Source: Candidatus Latescibacterota bacterium (GTDB taxonomy: Bacteria; Latescibacterota; UBA2968; GCA-2709665). From it: a stretch of DNA of 64,000 nucleotides. Location: contig OZ250150.1 of NCBI GenBank assembly GCA_965237675.1, positions 836,339 through 900,338 of the forward strand. Direction: 5' to 3'. The translations under genes were made by a program, and so were the position numbers. Numbering within the stretch: position 1 is the first letter of the stretch; each line of letters begins with the position of its first letter. Positions 1 through 9,812 of the stretch are shown in pieces. The notes under the pieces are model-generated. The model made no database searches. It saw only the letters and a list, made by a program, of their open reading frames with translations, and had not been told where the DNA came from.

Positions 1-1160
1 GCCGGCTGCGATTTCAGACGCGCCAGCGCGGCCGCCTGTCCCGGCGTTGCCCGGAACATGGGATTGGCAAGCACGTCCGCTTCGTTACGGTCTTTCATGC
101 CCCCATCGTGGTGGCCGGCGCCACCCGGGAGTTCGTTCACCAGGAAGAGGCATTCCAGCATGGGTTCCACATCCCGATAGCTCATCAGCGCCCCGGGAAC
201 CCAGATCTCATGGTTCAGAGGCACATCGTGCCGGTCGGCGAAGGCTTCGACCTGTTCGGGAATGCCGTTGTATTCGCCGAAGTGCGCCAGGTCGATCCGT
301 TTGCCGTTTCGGGACCGGAATCCCACGGGGAAGATGAGACTGGGGCGGCCTTCCTGCGCCAGGATGTACGCTTCACGGTATGCCCGGTACAGACCGGCGG
401 GATCGAGGAGCGTAGGGATTTCGAGGATTTCGACGCCCATAGCACCGATGATGGACCGGGGATCTTTGTCCAGAATGCTCCGGGTGCTTCCGGAAAGCTG
501 GATGCCGTTCCGGTCCATCACAAACGTGACGGGCGCGCCGTGAACGTGGGCGGCGTTAAAACCGTTGAGCGCCTGGCCCGAGATCCAGCCGGCGTCTCCG
601 CAATGGGCAACCACCCAGCATCCATCGCCGAAGGCGCCTCGCTTACCCAGCGCGTTGCCCACCGCAACGGGAATCATCACACCCAGACGGCCGCCGTTCA
701 TCTGCGTGCCCCCCGGCAGCCAGGAAACGTGGCCGGGAAGATCCATGCCGCGACGAAAGTCGGAAACGACGTGTTCGGGGTCGACAAATCCCAACGCGGA
801 AAGCGCGGCATAATATCCGACGCTGGTATGGGCGTGTTCGATGGTATACTCGATGCGTTCAAAGTCGACCACCGCCAGGGTGAGCAACAATGAGGGGATC
901 AGGCCGATGCCGCCGCCCAGGTGATCCGCTTCGCCAATTCCGGCGAGGGACGCCAGGGAGCGAACGGCCGTGCGGGCGGCCTCGATTTGAAGGGCGGTAA
1001 ATATGTTGACCTGTGTTTCCGTCAATGTCTCGGTTTGCCGGATGTCGATTTGCAGAGGCAGAACTTCGGAAGTGACTATGTCGGACAGATATCGCGAACC
1101 GTCCAGCAGCGTCCGGTTGCGGTCCTCTTGCAGCGTTGTCGCGTGTTGCAATGCGGACAT
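1..1160 (-). CDS. Transketolase-like thiamine-diphosphate-binding protein, partial (3' end beyond left edge)
   Basis: Own minus-strand translation from ATG 1160-1158 (GGAG-type RBS upstream): MSALQHATTLQ...HLGGGIGLIPS...GHVSWLPGGTQMNGGRLGVMIPVAVGNA...HCGDAGWISGQALNGFNAAHVHGAPVTFVMDRNGIQLSG. This carries a GD-x(~27)-N TPP-binding pattern as in transketolase N-terminal domains. It is missing from the ORF track because there is no stop inside the window. Plus-strand ORFs 47-893 are antisense shadows. Confidence 0.6.
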   Translation of the reverse strand, partial: MSALQHATTLQEDRNRTLLDGSRYLSDIVTSEVLPLQIDIRQTETLTETQVNIFTALQIEAARTAVRSLASLAGIGEADHLGGGIGLIPSLLLTLAVVDFERIEYTIEHAHTSVGYYAALSALGFVDPEHVVSDFRRGMDLPGHVSWLPGGTQMNGGRLGVMIPVAVGNALGKRGAFGDGCWVVAHCGDAGWISGQALNGFNAAHVHGAPVTFVMDRNGIQLSGSTRSILDKDPRSIIGAMGVEILEIPTLLDPAGLYRAYREAYILAQEGRPSLIFPVGFRSRNGKRIDLAHFGEYNGIPEQVEAFADRHDVPLNHEIWVPGALMSYRDVEPMLECLFLVNELPGGAGHHDGGMKDRNEADVLANPMFRATPGQAAALARLKSQP

Positions 1161-1425
1161 AAACGGGCTCCTCTGAGAGGGAGGCGGGTTCGGTTGAAGC
1201 AGGGGGAATTGCGCAATACGGGGGAGGGAATGGGGAGCGGCAACTTCGAACTAAAAATACAGTGGTTTTGGAAAAAAACCAGCTAAAAATCGGTCCGTCG
1301 ATCGCCGAGCCGCTTCCGGATTCTGCCGGGAAAACTTAGCTTGGAAGTTCGACGGTCCTGTGGTATTTTGTGCTTGAAAATGAGCTTGCACACGGTACAT
1401 TGGCGATTTTGGAAAGGAGCGGAAG

Positions 1426-2196
1426 ATGGCCGGTACGGTATTGGCTGCGCAGATGTATACAGTGCGTGAATTTACAAAAACACCCGCGGATGTCGCGGAC
1501 AGCCTGAAAAAGGTGAAGGCGCTGGGATACGACGCCATGCAGGTGTCGGCATTTGGAGAGATCAGCCCTCAGGAACTCAAGAATCTGGCGGACGGGGAAG
1601 GCCTGGAGATCTGCGCCACCCACACCAGCTACGAACGTATGAGGGATGAAACGCAGGCCGTGATCGACGAGCATCTGTTGTGGGGGTGTAAATACCCGGC
1701 GATCGGGGGGATTCCCCAGAATTTTCGCCAAAGCGGAGGAGACGGATTCAGGCGGTTCGCCGTCGAGGCATCCGAGGTGGCCAGAAAGCTTGCGGCGGCG
1801 GGGCTCACGTTCGGATATCACAACCACAGTTTTGAACTCGAGCGATTCGGCGACCGAACCGGCCTGCAGATCCTGTTGGAAGACAGCGACCCCCAGGTCT
1901 TTCAGCTCGAGATCGACACCTACTGGATTCAGCACGGGGGCGGCGACCCCGCCGAGTGGATTCGAAGGGCCGCGGGCCGGGCGGACCTGGTTCACGTGAA
2001 AGACATGGCCATGCGCGGCCGCGACCAGCTCTACGCCGAGGTGGGAGAGGGCAACCTGAACTGGCCGGCCATTCTGGATGCCTGCACGGCAGCGGGCACG
2101 CTTTGGTACATTGTGGAACAGGACACGTGCCAGCGGGACCCGTTCGAAAGCCTGGGCATCAGTCTGCGGAATCTGCAGGGAATGGGATTGGAATAA
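1426..2196 (+). CDS. Sugar phosphate isomerase/epimerase (xylose-isomerase-like TIM barrel)
   Basis: 256-aa ORF with AGGAG before ATG 1426. FGYHNHSFE, EIDTYW and VHVKD motifs are typical of the xylose-isomerase-like TIM-barrel family. Confidence 0.8.
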   Translation: MAGTVLAAQMYTVREFTKTPADVADSLKKVKALGYDAMQVSAFGEISPQELKNLADGEGLEICATHTSYERMRDETQAVIDEHLLWGCKYPAIGGIPQNFRQSGGDGFRRFAVEASEVARKLAAAGLTFGYHNHSFELERFGDRTGLQILLEDSDPQVFQLEIDTYWIQHGGGDPAEWIRRAAGRADLVHVKDMAMRGRDQLYAEVGEGNLNWPAILDACTAAGTLWYIVEQDTCQRDPFESLGISLRNLQGMGLE

Positions 2197-2319
2197 ACAC
2201 CCCGAAACCCAACACCAGGGGCCTGTGAATCAGGGAAGACGAGATCGCTTCTATCCCGGAATCGCGGGCCTGTCAACAGCAGACCCGATTCAGGTGTTCG
2301 TGCCAGTGTGAGGAGTCGT

Positions 2320-4308
2320 ATGCCGGCAGTAAACATCCCATCCTGTGACGCAATCCTGCAGTCCGACGACGAATCAATCTACGAGGTTCGTACGCGGGCG
2401 CCGGGGCCCGAGGGGCGTTTGACTTCCCTGACGGAAGCGCACGTCATCGAATCGCCCAGCGGAGATATCTTCGGCTATAGCCAGAACGCGGGTATGGGGT
2501 GGAATCCGGCGGAACTGGGGCGGCCCGAGTTCCTGATTTTAAGCACGATGGGCGGAATACGTGGACCGGAGGGACAACCGGTCGCGCTGGGATATCATAC
2601 GGGACACTGGGAGGTCGGGCTGCTGATGCAGGAGGCCGCCGAGGAGATTAAACGTCTGGGCGGCATTCCGTTTGCGGGTTATTGCTCCGACCCCTGCGAC
2701 GGGCGTACGCAGGGCACCACGGGCATGATGGACAGTCTCGCCTATCGCAACGACGCGGCAATGGTGCTCCGTCGGCTGATCCGGTCGCTGCCCACCCGCA
2801 AAGGGGTAATTGGCATTGCAACCTGCGACAAGGGATTGCCCGCGATGATGATCGCCCTGGCGGCGATGCACTCCCTGCCCACGGCGATCGTTCCGGGGGG
2901 CGTGACGCTTCCACCCGAAAATGGAGAAGACGCCGGCAAGATACAGTCGGTTGGCGTCAGGCTGGCGCACGGGGAGATGACGATTTCCGACGTACAGGAC
3001 CTGGGATGCCGGGCCTGTGCCTCGCCCGGCGGCGGTTGCCAATTCCTGGGCACCGCGGCGACTTCCCAGGTGGTGGCGGAAGCGCTCGGATTCGCGCTGA
3101 CCCATTCGGCCCTGGCGCCGTCCGGTCAGCCGGTCTGGCTGGACATGGCGCTCAGGTCCGCCCGATCCGTTTTTGCAATGCAGGCGTCCGGCTCTACCAC
3201 CGCGGACGTGATTACGGATTCCTCGGTTCACAATGCAATGGTGACCCATGCCGCGTTCGGCGGATCGACAAACCTGCTGTTGCATATTCCGGCGGTGGCG
3301 TATGCGGCCGGTCTCACCCGGCCCACGGTGGAAGACTGGAACCACGTGAACCGCCAGGTCCCCCGTCTGGTTGACGTCTTGCCCAATGGTCCTGAATTCC
3401 ATCCCACGGTTCGAGCGTTTCTGGCAGGGGGGGTTCCGGAAGTGATGCTGCACCTGCGGAAGCTCGGGCTGCTGGAAGAAGGTGCGATGACCATTTCGGG
3501 CGGAACGCTCGGGGAGAACCTGGACTGGTGGAAGGGGTCCGAACGAAGGGTGCGGTTCCGGGAGGCATTGCGGACGCGGGACGGAATCGACCCGGATAAC
3601 GTCATTATGGATGCGGACCGCGCGCGGGCAAGAGGGTTGACCAGTACGGTCTGTTTCCCCACGGGAAATATCGCGCCGGAAGGGTCCGTGGTAAAAAGCA
3701 CGGCAATCGATCCTTCGGTCGTCGACGCGGATGGCGTCTACAGGATGAGCGGTCCGGTGAAGGTGTTCATCACCGAGCGCGCCGCGGCGGCCGCGCTGAA
3801 GGATTCCGGTCCGCAGGGCGTCAAACCGGGCGACGTGATGGTGTTGATCGGGCGTGGCCCGATGGGGGCGGGGATGGAGGAGATTGCGCAGATCACGACC
3901 GCGCTCAAGTACCTGGACTTCGGCAAACACGTGGCCGTGCTCACGGATGCTCGGTTTTCGGGGTTCTCCACTGGAGCGTGCATTGGCCACATTGGCCCCG
4001 AGGCGCTGGCCGGCGGCCCGATCGGCAAGTTGAAGGACGGAGACATCGTGGAAATCGCGATCGACCGGAAGGAACTCTCGGGCAGCATCCACTTTGTCGG
4101 CGTGGGCGAGACCCGGTTTGGACCTGAAGAGGGTCGTCGGATTCTGGCCGACCGCGCCACGCGCTCCGATTTGGCGCCCGACCCGGATCTTCCTGACGAT
4201 ACCCGGCTATGGGCGGCCCTTCAGAACGTGGGCGGCGGTACGTGGGGGGGATGCGTCTACGACGTGGAGGCGATTGTGAAACGGTTGGACGGCGGTACAC
4301 CCCCGTGA
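2320..4308 (+). CDS. IlvD/Edd-family dehydratase, YjhG/YagF (xylonate dehydratase)-like
   Basis: Track ORF 2308-4308; ATG 2320 is preceded by GAGGAG. Family motifs [23 protein letters not shown] and [15 protein letters not shown]. Length of ~660 aa matches YjhG/YagF. Confidence 0.85.
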   Translation: MPAVNIPSCDAILQSDDESIYEVRTRAPGPEGRLTSLTEAHVIESPSGDIFGYSQNAGMGWNPAELGRPEFLILSTMGGIRGPEGQPVALGYHTGHWEVGLLMQEAAEEIKRLGGIPFAGYCSDPCDGRTQGTTGMMDSLAYRNDAAMVLRRLIRSLPTRKGVIGIATCDKGLPAMMIALAAMHSLPTAIVPGGVTLPPENGEDAGKIQSVGVRLAHGEMTISDVQDLGCRACASPGGGCQFLGTAATSQVVAEALGFALTHSALAPSGQPVWLDMALRSARSVFAMQASGSTTADVITDSSVHNAMVTHAAFGGSTNLLLHIPAVAYAAGLTRPTVEDWNHVNRQVPRLVDVLPNGPEFHPTVRAFLAGGVPEVMLHLRKLGLLEEGAMTISGGTLGENLDWWKGSERRVRFREALRTRDGIDPDNVIMDADRARARGLTSTVCFPTGNIAPEGSVVKSTAIDPSVVDADGVYRMSGPVKVFITERAAAAALKDSGPQGVKPGDVMVLIGRGPMGAGMEEIAQITTALKYLDFGKHVAVLTDARFSGFSTGACIGHIGPEALAGGPIGKLKDGDIVEIAIDRKELSGSIHFVGVGETRFGPEEGRRILADRATRSDLAPDPDLPDDTRLWAALQNVGGGTWGGCVYDVEAIVKRLDGGTPP

Positions 4309-5069
4309 GTCATTTCAACCGATCTGCATCCGAAATCTGGCGCCCGCCGCCTGAACATCCGGTGGTATCGGACGACGAGATTCAGGTCTGGCGCATGAAT
4401 CTGGACCGGCCGGCATCAGAGATTCGCGAGATGCAGGACGTGCTTTCCGAAGACGAGAACACGCGCGCCGCCCGGCTTGTCTTTGACAGACACCGGGCGC
4501 GTTTTATTGCGGGCCGGGCGTCCCTCAGGAGGATTCTGGGTCGGTACGTGGGCCTGGCACCGGACCGGCTGGAATTCGGCTACGAATCCCGGGGTAAGCC
4601 GTTTTTGAAGAGGGGTTCGGATGGGGACGCCGTGCGCTTCAACCTCTCCCACACCGGCGAACTCGCCCTCCTTGCGGTGGTCAGGACGCGGGAAATCGGG
4701 GTGGACGTGGAACGCATCCGGGCGGTCAAAGAACACCTTCGGTTGGCGGGACGTTATTTTTCGCCCGGTGAAGTCACCGCGATCCGGGAATTGCCCCGGG
4801 AGGTTCAATACGAGGCGTTTTTCAATTGTTGGACCCGTAAAGAGGCGTATATCAAAGCATCGGGAACCGGGCTTGCGTGCCCGCTGGATGGATTCGAAGT
4901 CTCTCTGGCGCCCGGAGCACCGGCAGCCATGCTGCATATCAACGAGAATCCAGCGGCTTCGTCAGAGTGGTTTTTACAGGCGCTGGAGCCCGGGAACGGC
5001 TTTGTGGGGGCCGTCGCGTTGAAGGGACAGGGTTACCGGGTGACCTGCTGGGAGTGGCGGGCCGGTTGA
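4305..5069 (+). CDS. 4'-phosphopantetheinyl transferase, Sfp type
   Basis: In-frame GTG 4305 overlaps the dehydratase stop (GTGA). Motifs [19 protein letters not shown] and [16 protein letters not shown]. The track ORF start at 4209 lies inside the upstream gene. Confidence 0.8.
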   Translation: MSHFNRSASEIWRPPPEHPVVSDDEIQVWRMNLDRPASEIREMQDVLSEDENTRAARLVFDRHRARFIAGRASLRRILGRYVGLAPDRLEFGYESRGKPFLKRGSDGDAVRFNLSHTGELALLAVVRTREIGVDVERIRAVKEHLRLAGRYFSPGEVTAIRELPREVQYEAFFNCWTRKEAYIKASGTGLACPLDGFEVSLAPGAPAAMLHINENPAASSEWFLQALEPGNGFVGAVALKGQGYRVTCWEWRAG

Positions 5070-5108
5070 ACCCGGTAGGCCAAGCCCTGACGTATCATTA
5101 CGTTCTTT

Positions 5109-6098
5109 TCATTCCCCGGGAGCGCCGCCAGAGTGCTCCCGGATTTCTTTGTACGCTTCCGTGGCCGACTGGGGTTGCTGGTAGTCCGCGGCCCATTCGC
5201 GCTCTTCAGCGGGCATTTTTCCGATGGTGCGCGCCATCTGGCGGATGTGGGAACCCTCGCATCCGCAGCATCAGCCGATAAAATTCACGCCGAGGTCCAG
5301 GGCTTTTTTTGCGAAATCGCCCATTTCGTAGCGCGTGATCTTGGATGGGTCGAGTTTGTCCGGAAAGCCGGGCTGACCGGTGAAGAAGGGCACTTCGGGC
5401 GTGCATCGATAGGCCACCGGCTGGGCGGCCACGTGGCACGTTACCGCCGCCCGCATCTTTTCGATGGCGGGGAGCATGAAAGTCGGATCCTGCCAGCAAT
5501 TGGCGCCCACGATGTCGGCGCCCGCGCCTTCCAGCATCCGCGCGGCCTCTCCGGGGGTCTTTCCGTCCCGCGTTTCCGGGCCTTCAAACGCCAGCGTAAT
5601 CATGGCGGGAAGGCCGGTTTCTTTTGCGCGTTCGAGGGCGATGAGGGCTTCCCCCACGTAGAGGAACGTCTCTCCGATGATGAAGTCGACGCCCTCGGCC
5701 ATCTGGTAGCCGAGTTGAGCATCGAAAAGGCGGCGGCATTCGTCCTCCGATTCGGGATACTTCCACGTCAGACAGATATTCCCCGCAACCAGGGCCCTGT
5801 CGCCGGCGGCCTCGCGAGCGATTCTGACGGCCGCCCGGTTGATTTCCTCCAGCCTGCCGGCACAGCCGATTTGCGCCAGCTTGTTTTCGCTGGCGTAAAA
5901 CGCGAGCACCTGCAGGACTTCCGCCCCCGCGTGGAGGAATTCCTCGTGCAGGGCCAGGAGCGCGTTGGGGTTTTCAATCGTGACTTCCGGCGTGAACGGG
6001 CCGGCCTGGACGTAACCCCGATTCTCCAGCGCGAGCAAATATCCCCCGTCGCCAATCACCACACCCGCCTCCAGTTGTTCCAGTATCGACTCGGACAT
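5109..6098 (-). CDS. Homocysteine/betaine S-methyltransferase-family protein interrupted by one in-frame TGA (5271-5273): candidate selenoprotein or recent pseudogene
   Basis: Track ORF 5271-6146; likely start is MSESILEQ at 6098 after GGAGAAA. DGGYLLALENRGY and IVGANC motifs of the S-methyltransferase (Pfam S-methyl_trans) fold. Translating past the TGA in the same frame gives VNFIG-[TGA]-CCGCEGSHIRQMARTIGKMP...GE, ending at TGA 5109. That restores the zinc-binding GGCCG...HIR region found in MetH/BHMT. Confidence 0.65.
5241..5266 (-). promoter_or_regulatory. SECIS-like hairpin immediately 3' of the in-frame UGA
   Basis: mRNA sense: UGA-UGCU-GCGGAUG-CGAGGGUUCCCA-CAUCCGC. Perfect 7-bp stem; a possible upper GG/CC stem closes a GUUC loop about 16 nt after the UGA. 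Confidence 0.3.
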
Positions 6099-6185
6099 CG
6101 GAATTTCTCCCGTATGGTTGGAGATGGAACCCAAATACACGGGCAACCCTAATGGTTGCGCTTGTTTCTTTCGCGGTCAGCGTGT

Positions 6186-7394
6186 TCATGTTTGGATCCA
6201 GTGCTCCACCGGTTTCGAGAGGAACTCGTCGACGGCAATGCCGTCGCCCCCTACAAGCAGGCTGCGGGTCGGGCGGAACGCCTCGGCGAAGGCGGCCATT
6301 CCCGGCGGGGTCCGGCGGGTTCGCTCGCTCTTGACTTCAATCGCAGTGACCGACCGTCCCGCGCGCACCACGAAATCCACCTCACGGTGGCGGTCGCGCC
6401 AGTAAAAGACCTCGCACGAGCCGCAGGCGGCGGCATTCACCAGATGGGCCCCAACCGCCGACTCAACCAGCCGTCCCCAGAAATCGTGGTCGGCTCGCGC
6501 CTGGGCCAGGGTGAGGCCCGATCCGGCGGTCATCAGGGCGGTGTTGAAGACTTGCAACTTCGGGCTGGAACTCCGACGCCGCACTGCCGCTCCGGCGTAC
6601 TTCTGCAATCCCCTCAGCATCCCCGCAACCGCCAGCAGATCGAGATAATGGGCCAGCGTCGTGGAGTTGCCGGCGTCGTGGAGTTGGCCCAGCATCTTCG
6701 TATAGGAGAGGATCTGACCGGAATAGGCACAGCCCAATTCGAACAAACGGCGCAACAGGGCCGGTTTGTCCACGCGTGAAAGCAGCAGGACGTCGCGGGA
6801 AATCGTGGTTTCGATGAGTGAGTCCCTGATGTAGCGGGACCACCGGGCCGGTTGCCGCGCCAGCGGCGCCGCGCCGGGATAGGCGCCGTAGAACAGGAAC
6901 TGCTCCAGCGACCAACCGAAAGCGGTCTGCATTTCCAGAAAGCTCCAGTGGGGCACGTGCAGCAGTTCGAAACGCCCGGCGAGGCTCTCAGTGAGTCCCC
7001 TACCGATCAAGAGTTGTGCAGAACCTGACAGCACCACCTTGAGCTGTCGCCGGCTCGTCGTATCCTCGTCCCACAGGCGCTTGACCACCTCCGACCAGTT
7101 CGGCGCCTTTTGCACCTCGTCCAGGATGAGAAGCGCACCATCGTCCCCCCCATCGCCAGCGAGGAGCCGCGCGGCGTCCCACTGCTGAGCAATCCATCCC
7201 GGGCCGCGCAACGTCGGCTCGTCGGCACTGGCGTAGCGATACGACAATCCGGACTTCTCCGCGGCCTGTGTGATCAGGGTCGTCTTGCCCACCTGCCTCG
7301 CCCCGGTGACGACCTGAATAAAACGGCGCGGCTCATACAGACGACGCAGCAGATCCGCAGCGTGAGGACGCGTATATGACAAATTACTCATCAT
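6186..7394 (-). CDS. AAA+ ATPase with DUF4143-type C-terminal domain
   Basis: 402-aa ORF. Walker A GARQVGKTTL, Walker B LLILDEVQ, C-terminal EVDFVV region as in AAA_14/DUF4143 ATPases. Confidence 0.75.
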   Translation of the reverse strand: MMSNLSYTRPHAADLLRRLYEPRRFIQVVTGARQVGKTTLITQAAEKSGLSYRYASADEPTLRGPGWIAQQWDAARLLAGDGGDDGALLILDEVQKAPNWSEVVKRLWDEDTTSRRQLKVVLSGSAQLLIGRGLTESLAGRFELLHVPHWSFLEMQTAFGWSLEQFLFYGAYPGAAPLARQPARWSRYIRDSLIETTISRDVLLLSRVDKPALLRRLFELGCAYSGQILSYTKMLGQLHDAGNSTTLAHYLDLLAVAGMLRGLQKYAGAAVRRRSSSPKLQVFNTALMTAGSGLTLAQARADHDFWGRLVESAVGAHLVNAAACGSCEVFYWRDRHREVDFVVRAGRSVTAIEVKSERTRRTPPGMAAFAEAFRPTRSLLVGGDGIAVDEFLSKPVEHWIQT

Positions 7395-7424
7395 AATGAG
7401 TAATAATACTCAATACAATGAGTA
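7384..7424. promoter_or_regulatory. Two palindromes sharing the half-site TACTCA(T)/(A)TGAGTA, overlapping the ATPase start codon
   Basis: TTACTCAT-CATA-ATGAGTAA at 7384-7403 and TACTCA-ATACAA-TGAGTA at 7407-7424, in an AT-rich spacer. Possible operator. Confidence 0.3.
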
Positions 7425-7511
7425 GATGGTAGTGATTTTTTTTGTCTTATTGGGATGATGGTGTGGATTGAGGGTTGTAGGAGGCCTTGGCCAAAGAAAG
7501 AGCTCCGAGCC

Positions 7512-8276
7512 TCATGCAGCCAGTTCTACTCTCGCCTCTTCACGCCGGCTCCACACTACCGGTCTGACGTCGTAGCTCCGTAGCGCGGCCATCACGGTCT
7601 GATCTACCTTTCGTTCCGAATCATTCAGCAATGCGTACACACGCGATCCCGGCGTGCGGACCTCCTTTGTGTCGATCCATGAGAGTACCATCGCTTGAGC
7701 GGTCGAGCGACTCGGTCGATTGACGGTCTGTAGAATGCGTTCAGGTTGCTGCCGGGACTTTGGAATTACGAAATGAAAGAGATGGTCGTACCCGGTCCTT
7801 CCGGTAAACTTCACCTTCGGGGTGTGGCGAATATCTTGAAGATCAAGCCACGCAACGACATCTTCGTAAAAGATGTTCGCCACCGTGGGCGCCGCCATGT
7901 AGAACATATCGTTGACGGCAAGCATCGCCTGCAAGAGATTGTGTTTGCGCATCGCGAAGTTTTCGGCCGATGCGAGGATCTGTAACTCGCGACCATTCTG
8001 GTCAACACCAAAACCATTTAACGTCATCTTGAGCAGATCATGACGTTTAGGGCTGTCAAGATTGCAACCACTCTGCGCAAGGTCCTCAATGGTATATCCA
8101 TCATCGGTTAAGACGAACCCACCGTTGGATTCCTTTGCATATATCTGCAAATAGTCGTTGTGTCGATCCAGATATGGCGTGGTGATCTCGACCCACTTGT
8201 CGATTTGGTTCAGGACTGTTTTGTCCTTGAGCCAGTCATAATAATTATCGATGAGAATCTGAATTTCTCTAATCAT
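7512..8276 (-). CDS. DUF1828 + DUF1829 domain protein
   Basis: [19 protein letters not shown]...[19 protein letters not shown]...[14 protein letters not shown] matches my recollection of DUF1828/DUF1829 proteins. ATG 8276 overlaps the upstream stop (ATGA at 8273-8276). Confidence 0.65.
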   Translation of the reverse strand: MIREIQILIDNYYDWLKDKTVLNQIDKWVEITTPYLDRHNDYLQIYAKESNGGFVLTDDGYTIEDLAQSGCNLDSPKRHDLLKMTLNGFGVDQNGRELQILASAENFAMRKHNLLQAMLAVNDMFYMAAPTVANIFYEDVVAWLDLQDIRHTPKVKFTGRTGYDHLFHFVIPKSRQQPERILQTVNRPSRSTAQAMVLSWIDTKEVRTPGSRVYALLNDSERKVDQTVMAALRSYDVRPVVWSRREEARVELAA

Positions 8277-8722
8277 GTGAAAAGCTCCCGTAAGACATTT
8301 GGCGGTCGCGTGACGTTGCAGAACTGCAGGAATTCTTCGAACATCCCCCACACATCACCGACTGTACGGAACCCGTCCGACGGGACACCTACGGCCCACT
8401 TGTCGCCGAAGCCTTCTCGGTAAATGTGGAGGTGCGGTACGGGTATTTCCTCGCCATCCGGATTTCGATGTGGCGCACCACCTAGGTCCAGACGAACCAG
8501 CACGACGACTTGCCGCCCGCGAGTCTGCATTTTGACTTTTGAGAGATTTATGCTTGCTCGACTCAAGTCGAGCAGAAACTGCTCTCGTCTGTCGACCGAC
8601 TGAAGTGGGACGGCAACTGACTCGCCCCCCATAGGGAAGTTAGCCTGATCATCATTTACCCGATTTTTTTCCATTTCTATCAAAGCGTCTGCTTCTGCTT
8701 GAGTTAGGTCGAGGTCTGCCAT
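8273..8722 (-). CDS. Conserved hypothetical 149-aa protein with [27 protein letters not shown] motif
   Basis: Clean ORF, translationally coupled (ATGA) to the DUF1828/1829 gene. The His/Asn-rich motif could be a metal or nuclease site. No family confidently recognised. Confidence 0.6.
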   Translation of the reverse strand: MADLDLTQAEADALIEMEKNRVNDDQANFPMGGESVAVPLQSVDRREQFLLDLSRASINLSKVKMQTRGRQVVVLVRLDLGGAPHRNPDGEEIPVPHLHIYREGFGDKWAVGVPSDGFRTVGDVWGMFEEFLQFCNVTRPPNVLRELFT

Positions 8723-8814
8723 TCGAATCTCAATTGTTGGTTGGATTTCAACTAATTTTCAGCACAATGACTGCGACATCCAAAAGCAGTCTTTGTCAGT
8801 GAACGCTGACCGGC

Positions 8815-9704
8815 TTACCCGGTGGACGAATCACCAACACTGTCCACTTCGACATCCCGAATTTCTTTCAACGTCCTCCCATCCGCGTCCTTCCAAGCCG
8901 TGAGGCCATTCATCGGGGCTCCCAAGAGGACGCTGGCCGCCTTTGATGGTGAACTGAAGGGGTAGTCTTGAACGACCCTGTACTTGGTGCCTGTATCTTC
9001 GAAAATCCCCTTCTTGAAGAGTATGTTGCGCAGGTCTGATATAGAGGAAGAGATTGAAGCGACCTGTTCCTTGACCGCTTCCGAATCGGTACATACGACG
9101 AAACCGCTTGACGCTTCATAACCGCGTGCCTCTATACCCTTTGCGTTCAGCAGCAGATCTCGGCTTGTTCCCGCCTCACCTCGCGGCTTATCAAAAAAGT
9201 TCACGCCTACAACCGGAAGACATAGTAACATGTCGGCTAAATACAACTCCGCGTCCACTTTGTCCGCGGGCGACAGCGACGGCGTTCGCGGGACATTGCC
9301 ATTCGTCAATTCGCAGCGTTTTGCATGGTCTGCGAGTTTCACCAGCCGCGCTTCGAGATACTTCGCGTGAGCTTTATTCAAGCTCTGGTCCTTGCTCAGG
9401 AACGCGATTACGTGCGTCCAGAAATCCTTATTCTTGGCGTGGTGCTCCAGCCTTCGTGACAACATTCTGCAACTGCCTCACCCACATAAGCCAGTGGTAG
9501 CTGCCCCAATTCGCCAGGTTCCCAGAGAACGTACACGCCAGTGTGATTGAGTACTTCCTTAGCGCGAACGTTGCTAAAAAGCGACCGGGGAAAAACGATA
9601 CCCTGCCCAGTCCAATTCGATTTCTCGACGACACGCAAGCCTTCCGGCTCGCCGGACGGCACGAAGATTCTAACCGAGAATCCCAATGGTTCAGTCACAA
9701 TCAC
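8815..9704 (-). pseudogene. GIY-YIG nuclease / DUF4357 gene disrupted by a frameshift near 9463-9470
   Basis: ORF 9408-9704 encodes ...GVYVLWEPGELGQLPLAYVGEA (GIY-YIG start), then goes out of frame. ORF 8815-9465 continues in another frame with LSRRLEHHAKNKDFW...KAHAKYLEARL and a C-terminal FSSPSKAASVLLGAPMNGLTAWK (DUF4357). Confidence 0.7.
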
Positions 9705-9812
9705 GCTCCAATTCAGGTAGTTTCGCGCTTGGAAGCTTTCTCTCGGTGGGATGCGGCATTCGGCAAGACATGAGCAAGATCGCGCTGCGTGTTTCGATGA
9801 AATGGCAATTAT

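Noticed and set aside
2539-4092. Long antisense or alternate-frame ORFs in G+C-rich genes. Examples: 108-893(+), 2539-4092(-), 5133-6152(+), 28769-29764(-), 30380-31186(-), 31248-31940(-), 32113-32928(+), 36185-37486(-), 37921-38691(-), 50645-51814(+), 53744-55633(+), 61417-62223(-), 62034-63077(-), 63192-63866(-).
   Set aside because: Each overlaps a gene on the opposite strand or in another frame that has clear family motifs. Their translations are Arg/Pro/Gly-rich and low-complexity, typical of shadow ORFs in high-G+C DNA.
5271-5273. TGA reassigned to Gly (genetic code 25), which would explain a TGA at a conserved Gly position.
   Set aside because: Many well-supported genes in the window terminate at TGA, several with ATGA/GTGA start-stop overlaps (4305-4308, 8273-8276, 13278-13281, 28019-28022). 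The genome is also G+C-rich, unlike known code-25 lineages.
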